In this document: in pieces, positions 13,758 through 36,424 of the stretch
How positions within the stretch are numbered: position 1 is the stretch's first letter
Layout of the letters: the number at the start of each line of letters is the position of its first letter
Assembly: GCF_009914755.1 (NCBI RefSeq)
Contig: NC_060938.1
DNA length: 64,000 bases
Source of the DNA: the human T2T-CHM13v2.0 reference genome, Homo sapiens
Strand: one strand, 5' to 3'
Notes under the pieces: generated by a model
The model's input: the letters and a program-made list of their open reading frames with translations, nothing else
Databases searched by the model: none
What the model was told of the DNA's origin: nothing
Made by a program: the position numbers and the translations under genes

Positions 13758-14490
13758 GTATAAGATGAGAGGGAGGAGGAAGACACTGAAATTTGGGGAA
13801 GCTGGGTAGAAATCCACCCATTCACTTGAATAGTTAGTTGCTTTGCTAGAACTTTCTCCAAGTGACTCCAGGTTTATTTTTTGTTAAGTTGTTAATGGCA
13901 TTAATAAAATATCTGCCACATATATAATATATGTTGAAATGCTTTTTAGGAAGATGTTATCTTAGAGAATAAAGGTTCCTGAGTCAAGGTTAAAATTAGT
14001 TTGCCTGATAAGTATGTACAAAAACCTAGACCACATTTATTTACTCTGTTGTTTTTTATTTCCTCTTTTCACCTAGTGTTAGCATAAAGGGTGTGAGAGA
14101 GTCTTCACAATGTAAGTTTTCTGAAGTGTGTTTGGACTTTCAGCCAGCACTTACGGCTTTTATAGGCTTAAAAAAGGGATTAAATAAACCTTTAGAGTGC
14201 TGGGTCCCCTGAAGGCTTCTTTCTTACACCAGTGTGTTAAACTATAATGTAATGCTGCTTCTCACTGCCTGATCACTTTATATTGTAGTTTAATTTTGTT
14301 TTTCTATGTTATAACCTTTCTGAGGGCAGTTATGGTTATCATTCAACTTTGTATAACCTGCAGTATTGTTTCTCAGTCTTGAGTCGTGTATGGACCTTTT
14401 TTAAAGTTAAAATTCTCAGGCTTTTCAGAAATATATCTGTAGCTATTTCCCAAACTTGAGTTATTGGTCTTTGTTTTTACTAGTCTAGCA

Positions 14491-14727
14491 CAGTGGCTAT
14501 CAACCAGGGTCAGTTTGGCCCTCCAGGAAGCATATGGCAATGTCTAGAGACATTTTTGGGTGTCACAACTGGAAGTAGGAGGTTGCTGCTGGCATCTAGT
14601 GGGTAGAAGCCAGGGTTACTGCTAAACATTGAATTGCTAAACTGAATTGCAGAATTCACAGGCCATCTTCCACAACAAAGGATTATACAGCCCAAAGTGC
14701 CAATAATCTTGAAGTTGAGAAACCCTG
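14491..14727 (+). mobile_element. MER20
   Basis: cagtggctatcaacc...ggcaatgtctagagacattttt...ggcatctagtgggtagaagccaggg...gttgagaaaccctg. Confidence 0.9.
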
Positions 14728-15049
14728 GTGTAGGAGACTATGTCTTGAAAAAAATGTCTATGCAGTTCTAGAAGTCAGTCATACAAGGCATGTTTGTATC
14801 TGTTCAATAAGAAAGGTAGGGTTTTCCATATAGGTCATAGCGTTTTCTTCCCCAGCCTCACCGTGATTGGGTAAGAATATATTTTCAGGATTATGTTAAC
14901 TGTGGGCCAGAGCTACATGCTATTGTCATTTATCATACTCGACTGTTTATCATTCATTATTCTGCTATAAAATGTGTTGCTTCCGTTCCATTTTCATACT
15001 AGTTGAGGTTGTCATTATTTCTTACCTGCATTATCACAAATACCTTTTT

Positions 15050-16118
<1,069 letters not shown>

Positions 16119-17107
16119 GCAGCAACTTTTTAAATTAGGTTTCCGTGTTCCATTCACCATTTTTTTCAAACTGTTATTTATGTTGCTTTCTGGGGGGCAG
16201 TGCTAAAATAGAAGTGCCTGATCCCTGTCCGTACAAAGTGTATTTGTAACCTCTGTATAAAGTTCCAAATACGTGAGTTAGGCATCTAAAGCCATTTGCA
16301 GTATGGCCTTTGCTGACCTTTTAACCTTATTCATTCCCACACGTACTCTTAAGCTCCAGGTACATCAAAATAGATGGAAAATAGTAGCTGGCTCAGAGCT
16401 GTTGTGAAGATTAAGATTATGCACATAGTATTAACAAGTGCCTAATAGATAGTAAGCAGTAAATAAATGGCAGTTTCTGGTGATTTCATAGTCTTCATCC
16501 CGACATATAGTAGGCACCCAAATGTTTAGATGAGTAAATGACTTACGCACTAGATCCTTTCTAACTTCTGAAAATGTCCCTGACCTCATCCATTCCTATA
16601 TAAGTTCTACCCTTTGAATCCAGATTTAAGTCTTAAATTTAGTTATTTTGACATTTAATCGCATATTATTTTGTATGTGCTATTAATGACTGGTAGCGAG
16701 GTGTTTTTTCATTATAACAGACTATATGTTTCTCAAGGGCCTTAAATTCCACTGATTTTTAATATCCTTTACAGCAAACTAACATGCTATGCACATAGTA
16801 TAGTAATTTCTTCAGTTCTTACAGACTGTTGAAAGTACACCACCTTTTTTCCAAGTGAATTCACATACAGTTGGCTATTCTTCCTGTAACTTGATGATGT
16901 GAGTAATCATTATTTCATATGAATCCTGATTAGGTTAGGATGCTTAAGCTTAGACATACCTGTCTAGTAACTCCTATAGGAATGAAGAATTAGGTAAATG
17001 AAACTGTTACCATAAATGGTATATAAGCCAATAGTACTTCGTATATTAACAGAAATCTTATGTGTGAAGGCTTTCCTCTGGTGCCTGTTTTTAGTTGTTT
17101 GCTTCTG

Positions 17108-18200
17108 TCAATGTTTACTGAGTATCTACCATGTGCTGTATATATTGTGCCAGTTACAGGAACCAAAAGGAAATGTGACCAGATTTTAAATAGTATTTTG
17201 GAAGTTGTACCAATAGGGCTTGTGATATATTTGCTGTGGAGAGTAAAGGAAAAGAGAAAACCAAGGTTGACTCCTAGGTTTATGGTTTGAGCAGTTGGGT
17301 AGATTTACTAAGATAGCAAAGACTAAGGGTGAAAGGATTCAGACTAGAAAGAATAAAGACAACTGCTTTTTATGTTTAAAATATCTGTGTTGACAAATGA
17401 GTAGAAGTATCAAAGTCTAAAAATTAGATGTATGAGTCTGGTACTCAGAGGAAGAGTTATCAGGATGTATAAAGGATTTAAAGTTTTGGGATTAGATAAA
17501 TTCACATAAGGGCAGAGTACAGCTAGAGAAGAAGGGAGAACTCACAACTGAGTTTGGGTAGAAGAGTTGTTGGTAGATGAAACTGAAAGGAAATCCTTAG
17601 TGGGAAAAGAGAAAAGCTAGTGAAGAGTATGATATGGGAGCTAACAGATCAAGTGTTTAGGGAGGAAGTTCAAGAAAGAATGTTGCTGAGAGATCAAGGA
17701 TGAAGAAAAAAGTTTCTTATTCATTTGATAGTATCTGGTCGTGACAAGCGGTTTAAGGGAATGGTAGGGAAAGCCAGATGGAAGTGGGTTGAAGAGTTAC
17801 TGGAATGGGAAAAGTAGAGACAATGGATGTAGATGACATTCAAGAAGTTTCGCTGTGAAAGGGAGCAAGAATTGGGGCAGTAACTAGAAGGCAATGTGGG
17901 ATCAAAGGAGGGTTTTTGTGTTTGTTTTTAAAGATGAGAGAGATTGGAGAGTATATGTTCATAGGAGAGGGACAAATTGATGCTATAGGAGAAAAGTGAT
18001 GGGGAATAGGAGTGATTCTGAAGGAGAAGAAAGAGAGGAAGGAGAATCAGGATTTAGGTAATGTGTAATCCTGTGATCAGGATTTAGGTACTGCAGTTAT
18101 TATAGAGGGAAAAGATGAAATAGAGTAGGGTTATAGTTAGATTGGTCCTGGCAATAATATGAGGGAGTTCCTATTTTTTCTGCTTCTCAATTAAATGTGA
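17108..18200 (-). mobile_element. L2 fragments
   Basis: atgtttactgagtatctaccatgtgc; ccaaggttgactcctaggtttatggtttgagcagttgggtag; aagccagatggaagtgggttgaagag. Confidence 0.65.
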
Positions 18201-19732
18201 TTTCAGGCCATTAGGAAGGGAGAGGAAGGTAGGTAGTGCCTGTATTACTTGGGTTTTTTTAATTTCAGAATATGCTGGGATATGTGGAGAGTCTCAAGTA
18301 TGAGACAGTATAAAGGGACCAGAGGAAACTCAGGTTGAAAGTCATTGGAGTAAAATATGATTTTAGATCTCTTCCCTTTTTGGAAAGAGAAGGATTAAAA
18401 TTTATATAATTTTTGCTATACTTACATGAATATAAATGATGTTATAGAAATGGGATTATACTGTTTATAAGACTTAAAATTTATCTGGTGTATGTGTGAA
18501 TCTATTAAAATCAACATTCAGTGCTTATTCTTAATTTGGGCATACTTGACCTGACAAAGTAAAGGAGATCCTTTAAAATTGCTAACTCTTGGTTTCCATA
18601 GAAGTTTACTTATTTCTGCTATAATTTGTTGCTGCTTGATAGATTGAATTCTAGATCATTGTCAAGTGAGTTTGCTTGTATGGTTAAAGGCTTTTTGCCT
18701 TAGCAACTCCAATGTTAATACTGCTCTTTTAAAATATACATATATATTACTTAACTCTTTGGAGTCCTTTGTTTAAATGGCATGTGGTTGGTTGGGTTTA
18801 CTTTTACACTAAGCCCGAGAATCTTTTTGTTGTAGTTGATCCTGTTACATTTATATTTATTTTATAAATTTTGGCTTCCTTTTTTCTTGTTTTCTAGTTT
18901 TTATTCTTCATTAGCAAAGAAAAAAAGAAAAAGGAAGGAGCTATTAATTTATGTACTTCATATTTTTATCTTTGAATATATTGAACTCCTATTTCAGTTT
19001 ACCATCTTTATTCCACCTCCCAAATAGTATATTATTGTACCTGTTATGCAGTAGTGTAATTATATTATCTCTCATATCTCATTCGCTCGTCTCCCTTTAT
19101 ATAGGGTAGGTTGAGGCTTTTAGTTCTGGCCTGTTATCAGATTATTTTTACATTTTATAGCTTTACCTACAAAATTATAAATTATATTAATAGCCATACC
19201 ACTGTTAATTAGAATTAGTTTTACAATATTCATTGTTCACTGTTACATTTTTCATATCATAAATTCTCCAGTGTAAGTTTTTTTTAGTTGATTTTGTATC
19301 ATGTGGTTAAGATTTTTCAGGCGTTTGAAACTATTATAATTTAAATATAATTATTACATATTTGCAAACTTTTTAAAAAAATGTGTAAGTTGCGAGTTAT
19401 ACATGCCTAAATGACATACTGGCTAAGAATTCTTGACACATGTTTCCCGTGAACATTCCTGTAGATGAGTCTTCTGGCTTCCAGTTTTCCGGAGAACTCT
19501 GAGGCTGTCCTGCTTTTTTTTTCCCCCCACTGTTGGTCATTTGTTTCTTCTGCCTGGATGCTTTTAAGATTCTTTGTAGCTTACCAAGTTCAGCATGATA
19601 TGCCCTTAACTTGTTGATTCACTCTTATTTGTTGTTTATTTTTCCTGGTACATAGTAAGGTCGTTTAATCTACAAATTAAGCTCATTATTTTAGAAGAGA
19701 CCTCAAGTATCTCTTTCTGGACCATTTGTACT

Positions 19733-21228
19733 AATTTATTTCATAGTGTTCCAGATGTTTGAGGTATGTTGATGAACAAAGCAGATAAAAATTCCTGCCC
19801 TTGTGTAGAGCTTAAATTGTAGCTGGGGAGATAAAAAAAAAAAAAAGATGATACGTGAGTAGTTACATAGTGTTGTAGAGAGAAAAGGCAGGGTAAGAGG
19901 AACAGAGTACTGGGGAGGGGCTGGGAAAGACAGCAGTAGGATTGCTTTTGCTTTTTTTTTTTTAAGAGATGGGATCTTGCTGTGTTGCCCAGGCTGGAAT
20001 TTAAACCCCTAAGCTCAAGCTGTCCTTCCATCTCAGCCTCCCAAGTAGCTGGGATTGGATTACAATTTTTAATAGGGTGGTCAGTGTAGGCCTCATTGAG
20101 AAGGTAAAGGGAACGGCCACTACAAAAGTGCAAGGCAGGAGCATTCCTGGCATATTAAAATAGCAAGGAAACCATGTGACTTGAGGAAGGCGTAAATGAT
20201 GAGGGAAATTAGGTCAAAATGTAAAGGAGCGGAGTCCAAGGCATGCAGATTGTACATGTCTATTCAAGGAGCCAACATTCTAGCTCTCTGTAGAGAATGG
20301 CCTGTAGGGAATGATGGTAGAAGCAGGGGATATTAAGCAGGTGATGCAGTAATCCATATATGTGAAATGATGATAGCTTTATGGGCCAGGGAGTTAACAA
20401 TGAAGATGGTAAAAAGTAAGTAGATTCTGTATCTCTCCATTTGCTTAACAGTTGGAAGTAGGGTATGAGAGAAAAAGGAGATAGAGGATGACTCCAAGAT
20501 TTGTATTCCAAGCAACTGAAAGGATAGAATTCCCAAAAACAGATGGAGAAGGCTGCAGATAGATTACATTTTAAGGAAAGCATGAGAGGTTTTTCTTAGA
20601 CTTTAAACTGATGTTGTTAGGGTGTTTTACATTAGTTTAGGCTTCAGGAGAAAGAGCTGCGCTGGAAGTAATAATTTAGCTTATCAGCATATAGATGATG
20701 TTACCAAGAGGGTGAGTATAGATGGAAAAAAGAAGACAATCAGAGCCTGGGGCTGTGGCTCAACCTGTAATTCCAGCACTTTGGGGGACCAAGGCAGGAG
20801 AATTAAGGCCAAGGTGTTCAAGGCTACAGTGAACTATAATCGTGCCACTGCACTACAGCTTGAGTACAGAGCAAGATGCTGTCTCAAATAACAGCAGCAA
20901 AAGACAGTCAGAGACTGATGAGGATATTCACAACATTACAGTGTTGATCAGGAGGGACCAGAAAAGGAGACTAAAAAGGGGAGAGCAAGTAAGATAACAG
21001 GGGTGGTCTCTTTAGAAGTCCAGTGAAGAGACTGACTGCTGAAAAGTCAAGATGAGAACTGAGAACTAATTATAGAAAACAGTCTTTGGTGACCTTAATA
21101 AGAGCAGATTGATTTAGTGGAGTTTTGAGGGTGATAACTAATTTGAGTGCATTTGGAATGAATGGAAGGAGAGGAATTGGCGACATCTTCTATAGATTAT
21201 TTGTATATAGTTTGTCTGCAAAAGGGAG
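19733..21228 (-). mobile_element. L2a region with two inserted Alu monomers (about 19951-20055 minus; about 20745-20890 plus)
   Basis: aaaattcctgcccttgtgtagagctt; tagggtggtcagtgtaggcctcattgagaaggt; ttggtgaccttaataagagcag. Confidence 0.7.
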
Positions 21229-21386
21229 TATAAGATTGAGACTTCTTTTTTAAATGAGGGCAAAACCCAGTGTTTTGTGGTGTGTATAATAAGAATGATA
21301 TAGCAGGAAAAGGAACTCTCTGATGGTCTTTTCCATTTTATTTTGATCTTTTCAATTATATTGAATCTTTTATTTGCTACTTCTAA

Positions 21387-21738
<352 letters not shown>

Positions 21739-22212
21739 TCTTTGATTTTTTTAATTTCAAGAATCACATGTAAGAAAATAGAGATCCAGTTTTCTTGTTT
21801 CCACAGCTGGTTCTTTGAGAGCCTAGTAAACTGCATTTCACTGCTCAAGTTTTGTTCAATTTTTGGTTACTGGTGAAGCATTTGAGGTGTTTGGTTTTTT
21901 AAAAATGTTACTGTAGTATTTATTTGAAGATGTTGCTGAGGTGACCCTTTGTGTTGCTGGTATTAAGTAGGAAGAGCAGTTTCTGGAAAGGGCTGTTTTC
22001 TTCTTCCTAGTCATGTTTACGTATACAAATGAGAGTTTTTAATATGTTGGACACTTAAAGAGATGTAATTGCTGAATGGAATGTTTGTTTTACTGTGATG
22101 TGCTTTTGCAGATAAGAAATTCACTTAAGTGGCTAGAAAAAAGACGGCATTTGCATTTAAGTAGAAGTTCAGATATGAATGAATGTAGTAATGAATCAAA
22201 AATTGGATTTTC

Positions 22213-22551
<339 letters not shown>

Positions 22552-23568
22552 TTATTAGAGGTACCATTTCTAACTAAAGGTTTATCAAAAACTAGATATA
22601 AACAATAAAATACCATGCTACTAATTTTTCTCTTACATTTCAGAACTTTGATGGCATTTTATAGCAATTGTAATTATCTAGTCTTAGTTTATGAAATAGG
22701 TTTCTAGTTACATAAATCATTTTGAGTTGTTACAAGTTTATAGCTACACATCAGGAACTCTCAACCAAAGGGTGCTTATCAGAATTTTGTGGAGAGTTTT
22801 TCAAAAGTCACATGTTTTAAAAGAGCACCTTGAAGCGTAAATGATTAAGAACTATCACTTACAGAAAAAAGGAATCGTATACATTTTTGTTCATCACAAA
22901 AGCTAGTATAGGAGTGTCTAATCCAAAACTTTATTTTTCTGCATAGAATTTTCCTTTGTAGCAGTGTCATTAATTAGTGGAAAAATTAGAAGTCACATAG
23001 GCTCCCCTCCCCTTGTTATATGTATGGATTATAATTTGACTGTCAGAGCAGTTCTTTATTTCTAAAGTATCCCTTTTGAATTGGCCAGAAGTTCCTTATA
23101 TAAGCTACTTAGCCTTTCATTACATTAGATTGCTAGCTCTGAATCTTGGTGTAACTGCAGATTTAAATAATTTGCCCTTATAACTTTATGGACCTTGGGA
23201 CGTATTTACTGGCATAAGCCAGAGAATCTATAATTTTGCTTTCCTGTCACAACCCCCAATTTTATTTTAATTAAGTATTCAGGGCTGTCTGGATAAGGTT
23301 GAGACTTCACTTTTTCCTCTTTCCTGTGACCCCACAGACAGGGATAGGATTATTTCAGAATCATTGGAAAGTTTAAATTGACTCCTAAATGCTAGTGCTA
23401 AGAAAAGGAGTTAAGAGGTGATTGGAACATTTAGAGTTGGCTAGCTAGTTTGTTTTTCTTAAAACTTTATATTCCTCAGATGGTATTACAGACTGTTAAG
23501 ATCCCTTCCTTCCTGTTGTTCCCACCATAGTCTAGGCATTGCCATTTTCATTAATCTACCTAAGTGTA

Positions 23569-23884
<316 letters not shown>

Positions 23885-25003
23885 TTACCACTGCATTTAT
23901 CTCCAAACAGAAAACATCTGCTTCAGTTTTCATTTTTCTAATCAAATGATAATATAGCTAATAGTTGGTAGGCTGCAATGCACCTTTGTGTTCCTGAGAA
24001 AGAAAAGAACTCAGCCAGTGTACCCCTGCCTCAACTTTGAGGTTATAGTCTCTTCATTTCCACTTCCTTGCACGTTGTTCTGTTTTGGTGGTGGTCGAAG
24101 TGGAGGGATCATTTAAGGAATAAGGATCCACACCACTTGACTTGCCCTTGGCTTGCTGAGTTAGGTCTTGAGCCAGAAACAGACACTCCAATGCCCCCTT
24201 GATAACATTCCAGACACCTAGTTGTGTTTGGTTTAATCTGCACTTAACAGAGTTGCATATAATCTGCATCACCAGAGAATGATGGTATAAGAGGATTTAG
24301 AAGTTAGGTTTCATGAGCTCTGAGAGTTTGCTGGATGGAGTGACCTGAAATTGAAAGGATTTAATTAAGTATTTAAGATATTTAAGATATTCAGAGACTC
24401 AGAAGAATACATTGAAGTATGCATTCAAAAGACAGACTTCCAGAAATAATGAGAAACTAAGATGAAGACTATTGTTTTCAGGCATTGAAAGCCCTGCCTG
24501 TGCGCCTTCCCCTGCCCACACATATACATTTTTCTGATTAAAAATGATACCTTTTTGTCCAATTTGAAAACCAGTACGACAAATATGACAAATATTAATG
24601 GATTTGTGATTTATGCCAGAGAAAATAAAAATTTGTGGATTAAACTGAAAAACCAACAAGGGCTGTCAATAAAAGTGGCCTAATATCCTCTGAATTTCTG
24701 AAAACTTGCCCATCTTTGTATACTTCAGAAACTCTCAATGGGATGTGCACAGTAGAGTCATCTGTAGGAATCGTTGCTATACCCTGCTCTAGAGAGTGAA
24801 TCAGAATCTCCTCAGTAGTTTGATTCCCAAAAATACTTCTTTAAGTTTTTGAGATGTTCATTCTTTGGCTAAGAATCATTTTCCCTCTAATGCTACATTG
24901 AAGTTAAACTGTGAAAATTCTTACTTAATTTTGTCTTTTTACTATCCTGAAAATGTTTTGTACATTACTTATGAATGTTATCCTAACATTTAAGTAAGCA
25001 TCT

Positions 25004-26313
<1,310 letters not shown>

Positions 26314-26762
26314 TTATATAGCATCATTATGCAATCAATAATTAGAGCTCTTACGTTCTTACAAATATAGATAGACACAGAAAACTCACTCGGACCTGCT
26401 TCAAGAGACCAAATGAAATTAATATATCACACCTAAACTGAATCAGGTATTGCTTGCCCCTAGTTTGTCCCTTGTGTTGGCATTGAAAAGTGATATTTTC
26501 TATTCTCTCCTGACCTATCAAGTCTGTTATTTTCCAAAGAGAATATTTTCTTTCAATAAGCCATTTTTTTTTCTGTTCACTTATGTCTCCAATCAAGTTG
26601 CTACTTCTGGCAAAATTTATTTAGCGAGTCATATTGGTGGACATTTAGGTTGGATGTGGCTATAAAATTTTTCTTTTGATCCGAACCGTGTATTTACATT
26701 GCTCATTACTATTATTCTGAAATTAATTTTAATAGTGTTAACTTAAATATGTTTTCTTATAG

Positions 26763-26910
26763 CAGAAAAAGAAAACTAAGAACTTCAATCCACCAACACG
26801 TAGAAATTGGGAAAGTAATTACTTTGGGATGCCCCTCCAGGATCTGGTTACAGCTGAGAAGCCCATACCACTATTTGTTGAGAAATGTGTGGAATTTATT
26901 GAAGATACAG
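26763..26910 (+). CDS. ARHGAP5: ARHGAP5 coding exon (148 nt), QKKKTKNFNPPTRRNWESNYFGMPLQDLVTAEKPIPLFVEKCVEFIEDT-G, start of RhoGAP domain
   Basis: Acceptor ttttcttatag|cag (tandem, alternative start 26766), donor CAG|gtagga; in frame with the previous exon; FG.PL and P.FV.KC.E RhoGAP motifs. Confidence 0.96.
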
Positions 26911-27844
26911 GTAGGATAGAAGAATCATTGCAAGAGATTTGATTTTAAATTTCACTTTTGATACACCAACAGTTTGTCAAATGTTTGTGATTTGTTAATA
27001 TAGTTCTCATTATTAGGATTATTTAGTATTAACTCCATCTGATCAGGTAACCATCTGATATTTGAAAGAAGTTTTTGTTGTTGACCAGTAATGCTTTTAT
27101 TGGACTTCTCTTGAAGTAATAAATGGCTAAGTTGAATACTAAAATGTTAAACTTACCTTATTCTGGAATTTAGAATAACTTTATTAAGTTATGCTATTTA
27201 GTGAAGAGATATAGTTATGGTTTGAATAGTGTGGAAGTTTTCCATATTTTTAAGTGCAATGCTGTTTACTTTCATTACCCATTTTACACATGGATTTTTC
27301 TTTTAAAACTTACAGCAATAGTTGTAAATGCGTAAAAGGCAGCTTGTTCTATTTGTGATGCTACTATTTATTCAGTTCTAGCTTGACATGGTTTATATGA
27401 TTTGAGTTGTATTTTTAAAGAATGCATAGATATCCTCATTATTTTAAAAACAAGCCTGCTCTTATGTTTACTTTGCCTAATGTAATCTCAAAACTAAACA
27501 AAATAGGCAAGTTAAAGGTGGAAAATAGGGACAGAATATTGTTGTTTTTGAGTGCATTTAAAATGAACACGAGTTAACCATGAAACCTTAGTGACTGAAT
27601 GTACTACACATTTTAATGGCTTGAAAACATGAGCTAAGTCAGTTTTGGCTTTGTTACTAATGAACCCTTGATAGATAAGCATTGTTTAAAAAACAAAGTA
27701 GGATACTCTTGTTCTCGCTAAAAAATCATGCTCATTTTTCACATGTACACCTTGCCCTTCGGTTTATCAGCTAAGTTGTATATATATTGAGTTATCTATT
27801 TGGTAAGGAATGTTGACACTTTCAGTCTTAATGAGAGGGTAGAA

Positions 27845-28146
<302 letters not shown>

Positions 28147-29074
28147 TTATCCACTAGCTTTGTAGTTGAAATGGCATGTGTCTTCTGCCTTCAGTTAATA
28201 AGTGTTAATTTATGGAGGCTACATTTGAATATGCTCTTTATCATTTATTTTTCCCTTCAGCAAATACTTGAGAAGTGTTATTAGAAAAATTTCTTGTCTA
28301 TATTTCTGTCCACCTTTAATGTAGCAGAAATGCAAATGTTCTTAAAATATTAGCTTCCTGCTTTGGATTTAAAGAATTCTCATTTTCTCTAGTATTATAA
28401 TTAAGCCTATGGATACAACTGAACAATTAGAACATACTTTCCTTTAGTGATTGAAAAGCAATAATAAAATTATAGATTAGTGTTTTGTACATTTATTATT
28501 TAAAATTTCTATTTCTTGAATATTTCTTAGTAGTTGAGTGATTCGGTTTGAGGAAAATAAATGAATTCCAAATATAGGATAAAATGCAGGTCTAGTCCAA
28601 TTCTTAAAACAACTTGAATTAGTTTAGGTCAACTCTCAGGCGATTTATATATTTAAGTGCTTTGGTAGAAAGATAACATAGACTGTAGAATAGAATAAAA
28701 GATTAAACTAGTTCTTTTGTTGTCGTTATAGTATATTGTTTGATTTTATTACTGATTTTAAAACTATTAAGCAGTTTTAGCAGAAATTCCTAATTGCCTA
28801 CGAGATTGTTTGTGTCTTTTGAGAAATTTGTTCATTTCATCTAAATTTCATCAATTTACAGCTCTCAAAATGAACTGTAGCATAACCTTCTTATATTTAA
28901 GGTTCAACTTGTAAATATATTGCAGATACTCATTACTTAAAGATTGTGATATTTTGCTGTTTATAGATCCTTAGATGTAGTGATATAAATGATCAGTAAT
29001 TGTGTTGTTATAATCAGTCCTCTTATTTAAAAGACTAACCTTTCTTGAACAACCATGAAGAAAATATTGACAGT

Positions 29075-34000
<4,926 letters not shown>

Positions 34001-34619
34001 CAGATGTCCCTATTTTTATAATAGTACTATCTTAATAAGTTGTGCTAGGTTCCAGTTGGGAAATGACCCTTGAAATATTAATATGTTTACAGTAGACAAA
34101 AAGGGATAGTGCAGAAGAGAGTAACTGAAGAGAAAGGGAATAATAGGTCTTTTTGAGGAGTTAATAAGGATGATAAACCTGATAGATATTGGGTTGAAAG
34201 AGAGGGCTCAGAAGTGCCTCTCAGATTGCTCTGTTAGGGTGACCGTAGATGGCATTCCATTAATGAAAATAGAAGTTATAATGAGAAATGGCAGTTTCAT
34301 AGTACATTCATGTTTGGACATGTTAAATCTTCCGAGGTGCCTGTGGGACATATAAAAGCCTAAGACACAGTTGTATATATGGCTATGGATCTCTGGAAAG
34401 TGGTTTGGTCTTTAGATATGATTTTGGTAATTGTCAGTGTCTAGATATTAATGTAAACTATATGTGATATAATTCAGGGTAGACATCTAGGGTGGTAGGA
34501 AGAAAAGTTCACAGTGCAAACAGGCTATACAAGAGTGGAGCCCTAAAACACTAGGGAGAAGAAAAATTTTACTAAGAAGCATGATTATCAACATTTGAAT
34601 GAGAATGATTTTTTTACAT

Positions 34620-36413
34620 TGCTTTTTCTGAGGTGCAATTCATAAATAACATAAAACTAACCATTTTGAAATGTACAGTTCAGTGGCAGGTAGTATATTC
34701 ACAGTGTTGGATAACCACCACCTCATCTAGTTCCAGAACATTTTCATTTACCCCGAAGAAAACCCTGTACACATTAAGCAGTTATTTCTTATTTCCCCAC
34801 TACTCCAGTCCCTGGCAGTAACCAATCTGCTTTATGGCTCTCTGAATTTACTAATTCTGGATATTTCATATCAGTAGAATCACACAATGTATGACCTTTT
34901 CTTCTGCTTCTTAGCATTATTGTTTTGAGGCTCATCTGTGTTGTAACATGTATCATTATGTGTATATACATACATACATGCACACACATTTTGCTTTTTC
35001 AATCGTTTGGTGGACATTTGGGTTATTTCCACCTTTTGGCTATTGTGAACAGTCTGCTGTGAACATTCATGTGTACAACTATTCGTTCAAGTACCTGTTT
35101 TCAATTATTTTGGGTACCTAGGAGTAGAATACTGGATCATATGGTAATTCTGTGTTTAACTTCTTGAGGAACTGTCAAATTGTTTCCACAGTGGATGCAC
35201 CATTTTACTTCCCACCAACAATGTGTAAGGGTTCAAATTTCTCCATGTTGTTGCCAACACTTGTATGTGTTCTGTATGTGTATTAATTTTAGCTGTCTTA
35301 TCCCTTTTGATAAGGTTTCCTTTTAATCACTAAGTAGGTTACTTTGTCAGTATTGTGATTTTAGCAATATTAAGTCTTCGAATCCATGAATGTTTGATGT
35401 CTTTTTTATTTGTCTTTAATTTCTTTCAGTACCGTTTTGTAGTTTTCAGTGTTCAAGTCTTGCCTTGGTTAAATTTATTCCTAGGTATTTTATTGGAATG
35501 TTATTGTAAATGGAATTTAATTTAATTTTCATGTTTATGGATGTTTATGGTGGTGTGTAGAACTGATTTTTGTGTGTTGATCTTGTATCCTGAAATTTTG
35601 CCAAATTATTAGCTCTATTTTTTGTGTGTATTTGGGGGTTTTTATATATGTTTGTCTTCTGTGAATAGGGATACCTTTACTTTCAAATCTGAATGCTTTC
35701 TATTTCTTTGTCTTGCCTAATTGCTGTGGCTTGAACTTCCAGTGCAATGTTGAATAGCAGTTGTGAAAAGAGCACACGCTTGTCTTGTTCCTTATCTCAG
35801 GGGAAGCTTTTATTATTTCATCATGGAGTATGATATCAGCTGTGGGTTTTTTTTGTTTGTTTGTTTTTTTGAGATGGAGTCTCACAGTTCTGAACGCTAG
35901 AAGTCTGAAAGCAAGGTGTCAGCAGGGCCATGTTCCCTCTGAGACTCTAGGTAAACCTTCCTTGCCTCTTTCTTGCTTCTGGTGGTGGCTGTCAATCCCT
36001 GGTGTTCCATGGTTGGCAGCTGTATTACTACAATCTCTGCCTTTGGCATTCTCCATGTGCGTGCGCAGGTGTGTTTTCTCTTCTTTTCATAAGGACATCA
36101 GTCATATTGGGTTAAGGACCTCACCCTACTCCAATAATGACCACATCTTACCTTAACTAACTACATCTGCAATGATCTATTCCCAATAAGGTCACCTTCT
36201 AAGGTATTGGGGGTTAAGACTTCAACATATCTTTTTAGGACACAAAATTCAACTCATAATACCTTTCATTCCTAGTTTGTTGAGTGATGACAATGATTAT
36301 TATTATGAAAGGACATTGGATTTTATTGGATTATTTTTCTGTGTCAGTTGAGATAATCATGTTATTTTTCTTTTCTTTCATTTATTGATGTATTACATGG
36401 ATTGATTTTTCTT
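34620..36413 (-). mobile_element. L1MB-type element (3' end plus ORF2); continues at 38296-38525 after the SVA composite
   Basis: ttgaaatgtacagttcagtggc; ggatcatatggtaattctgtgtttaacttcttgaggaact; sequence joins across the SVA TSD. Confidence 0.8.
35880..36261 (-). mobile_element. MLT1C-like MaLR LTR, one end missing
   Basis: ctcacagttctg...aaggtgtcagcagggccatgttccctctg...aaggacatcagtcatattgg...gggggttaagacttcaacatatc. Confidence 0.85.
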
Positions 36414-36424
36414 TTTTTGGGGGG

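Noticed and set aside
22080-22170. Possible cryptic exon after the acceptor-like gtgcttttgcag
   Set aside because: No convincing donor nearby; cannot be supported from sequence alone
24000-24700. Stretch without recognisable repeats as an enhancer or ncRNA
   Set aside because: No motif or structure I can defend without conservation or chromatin data
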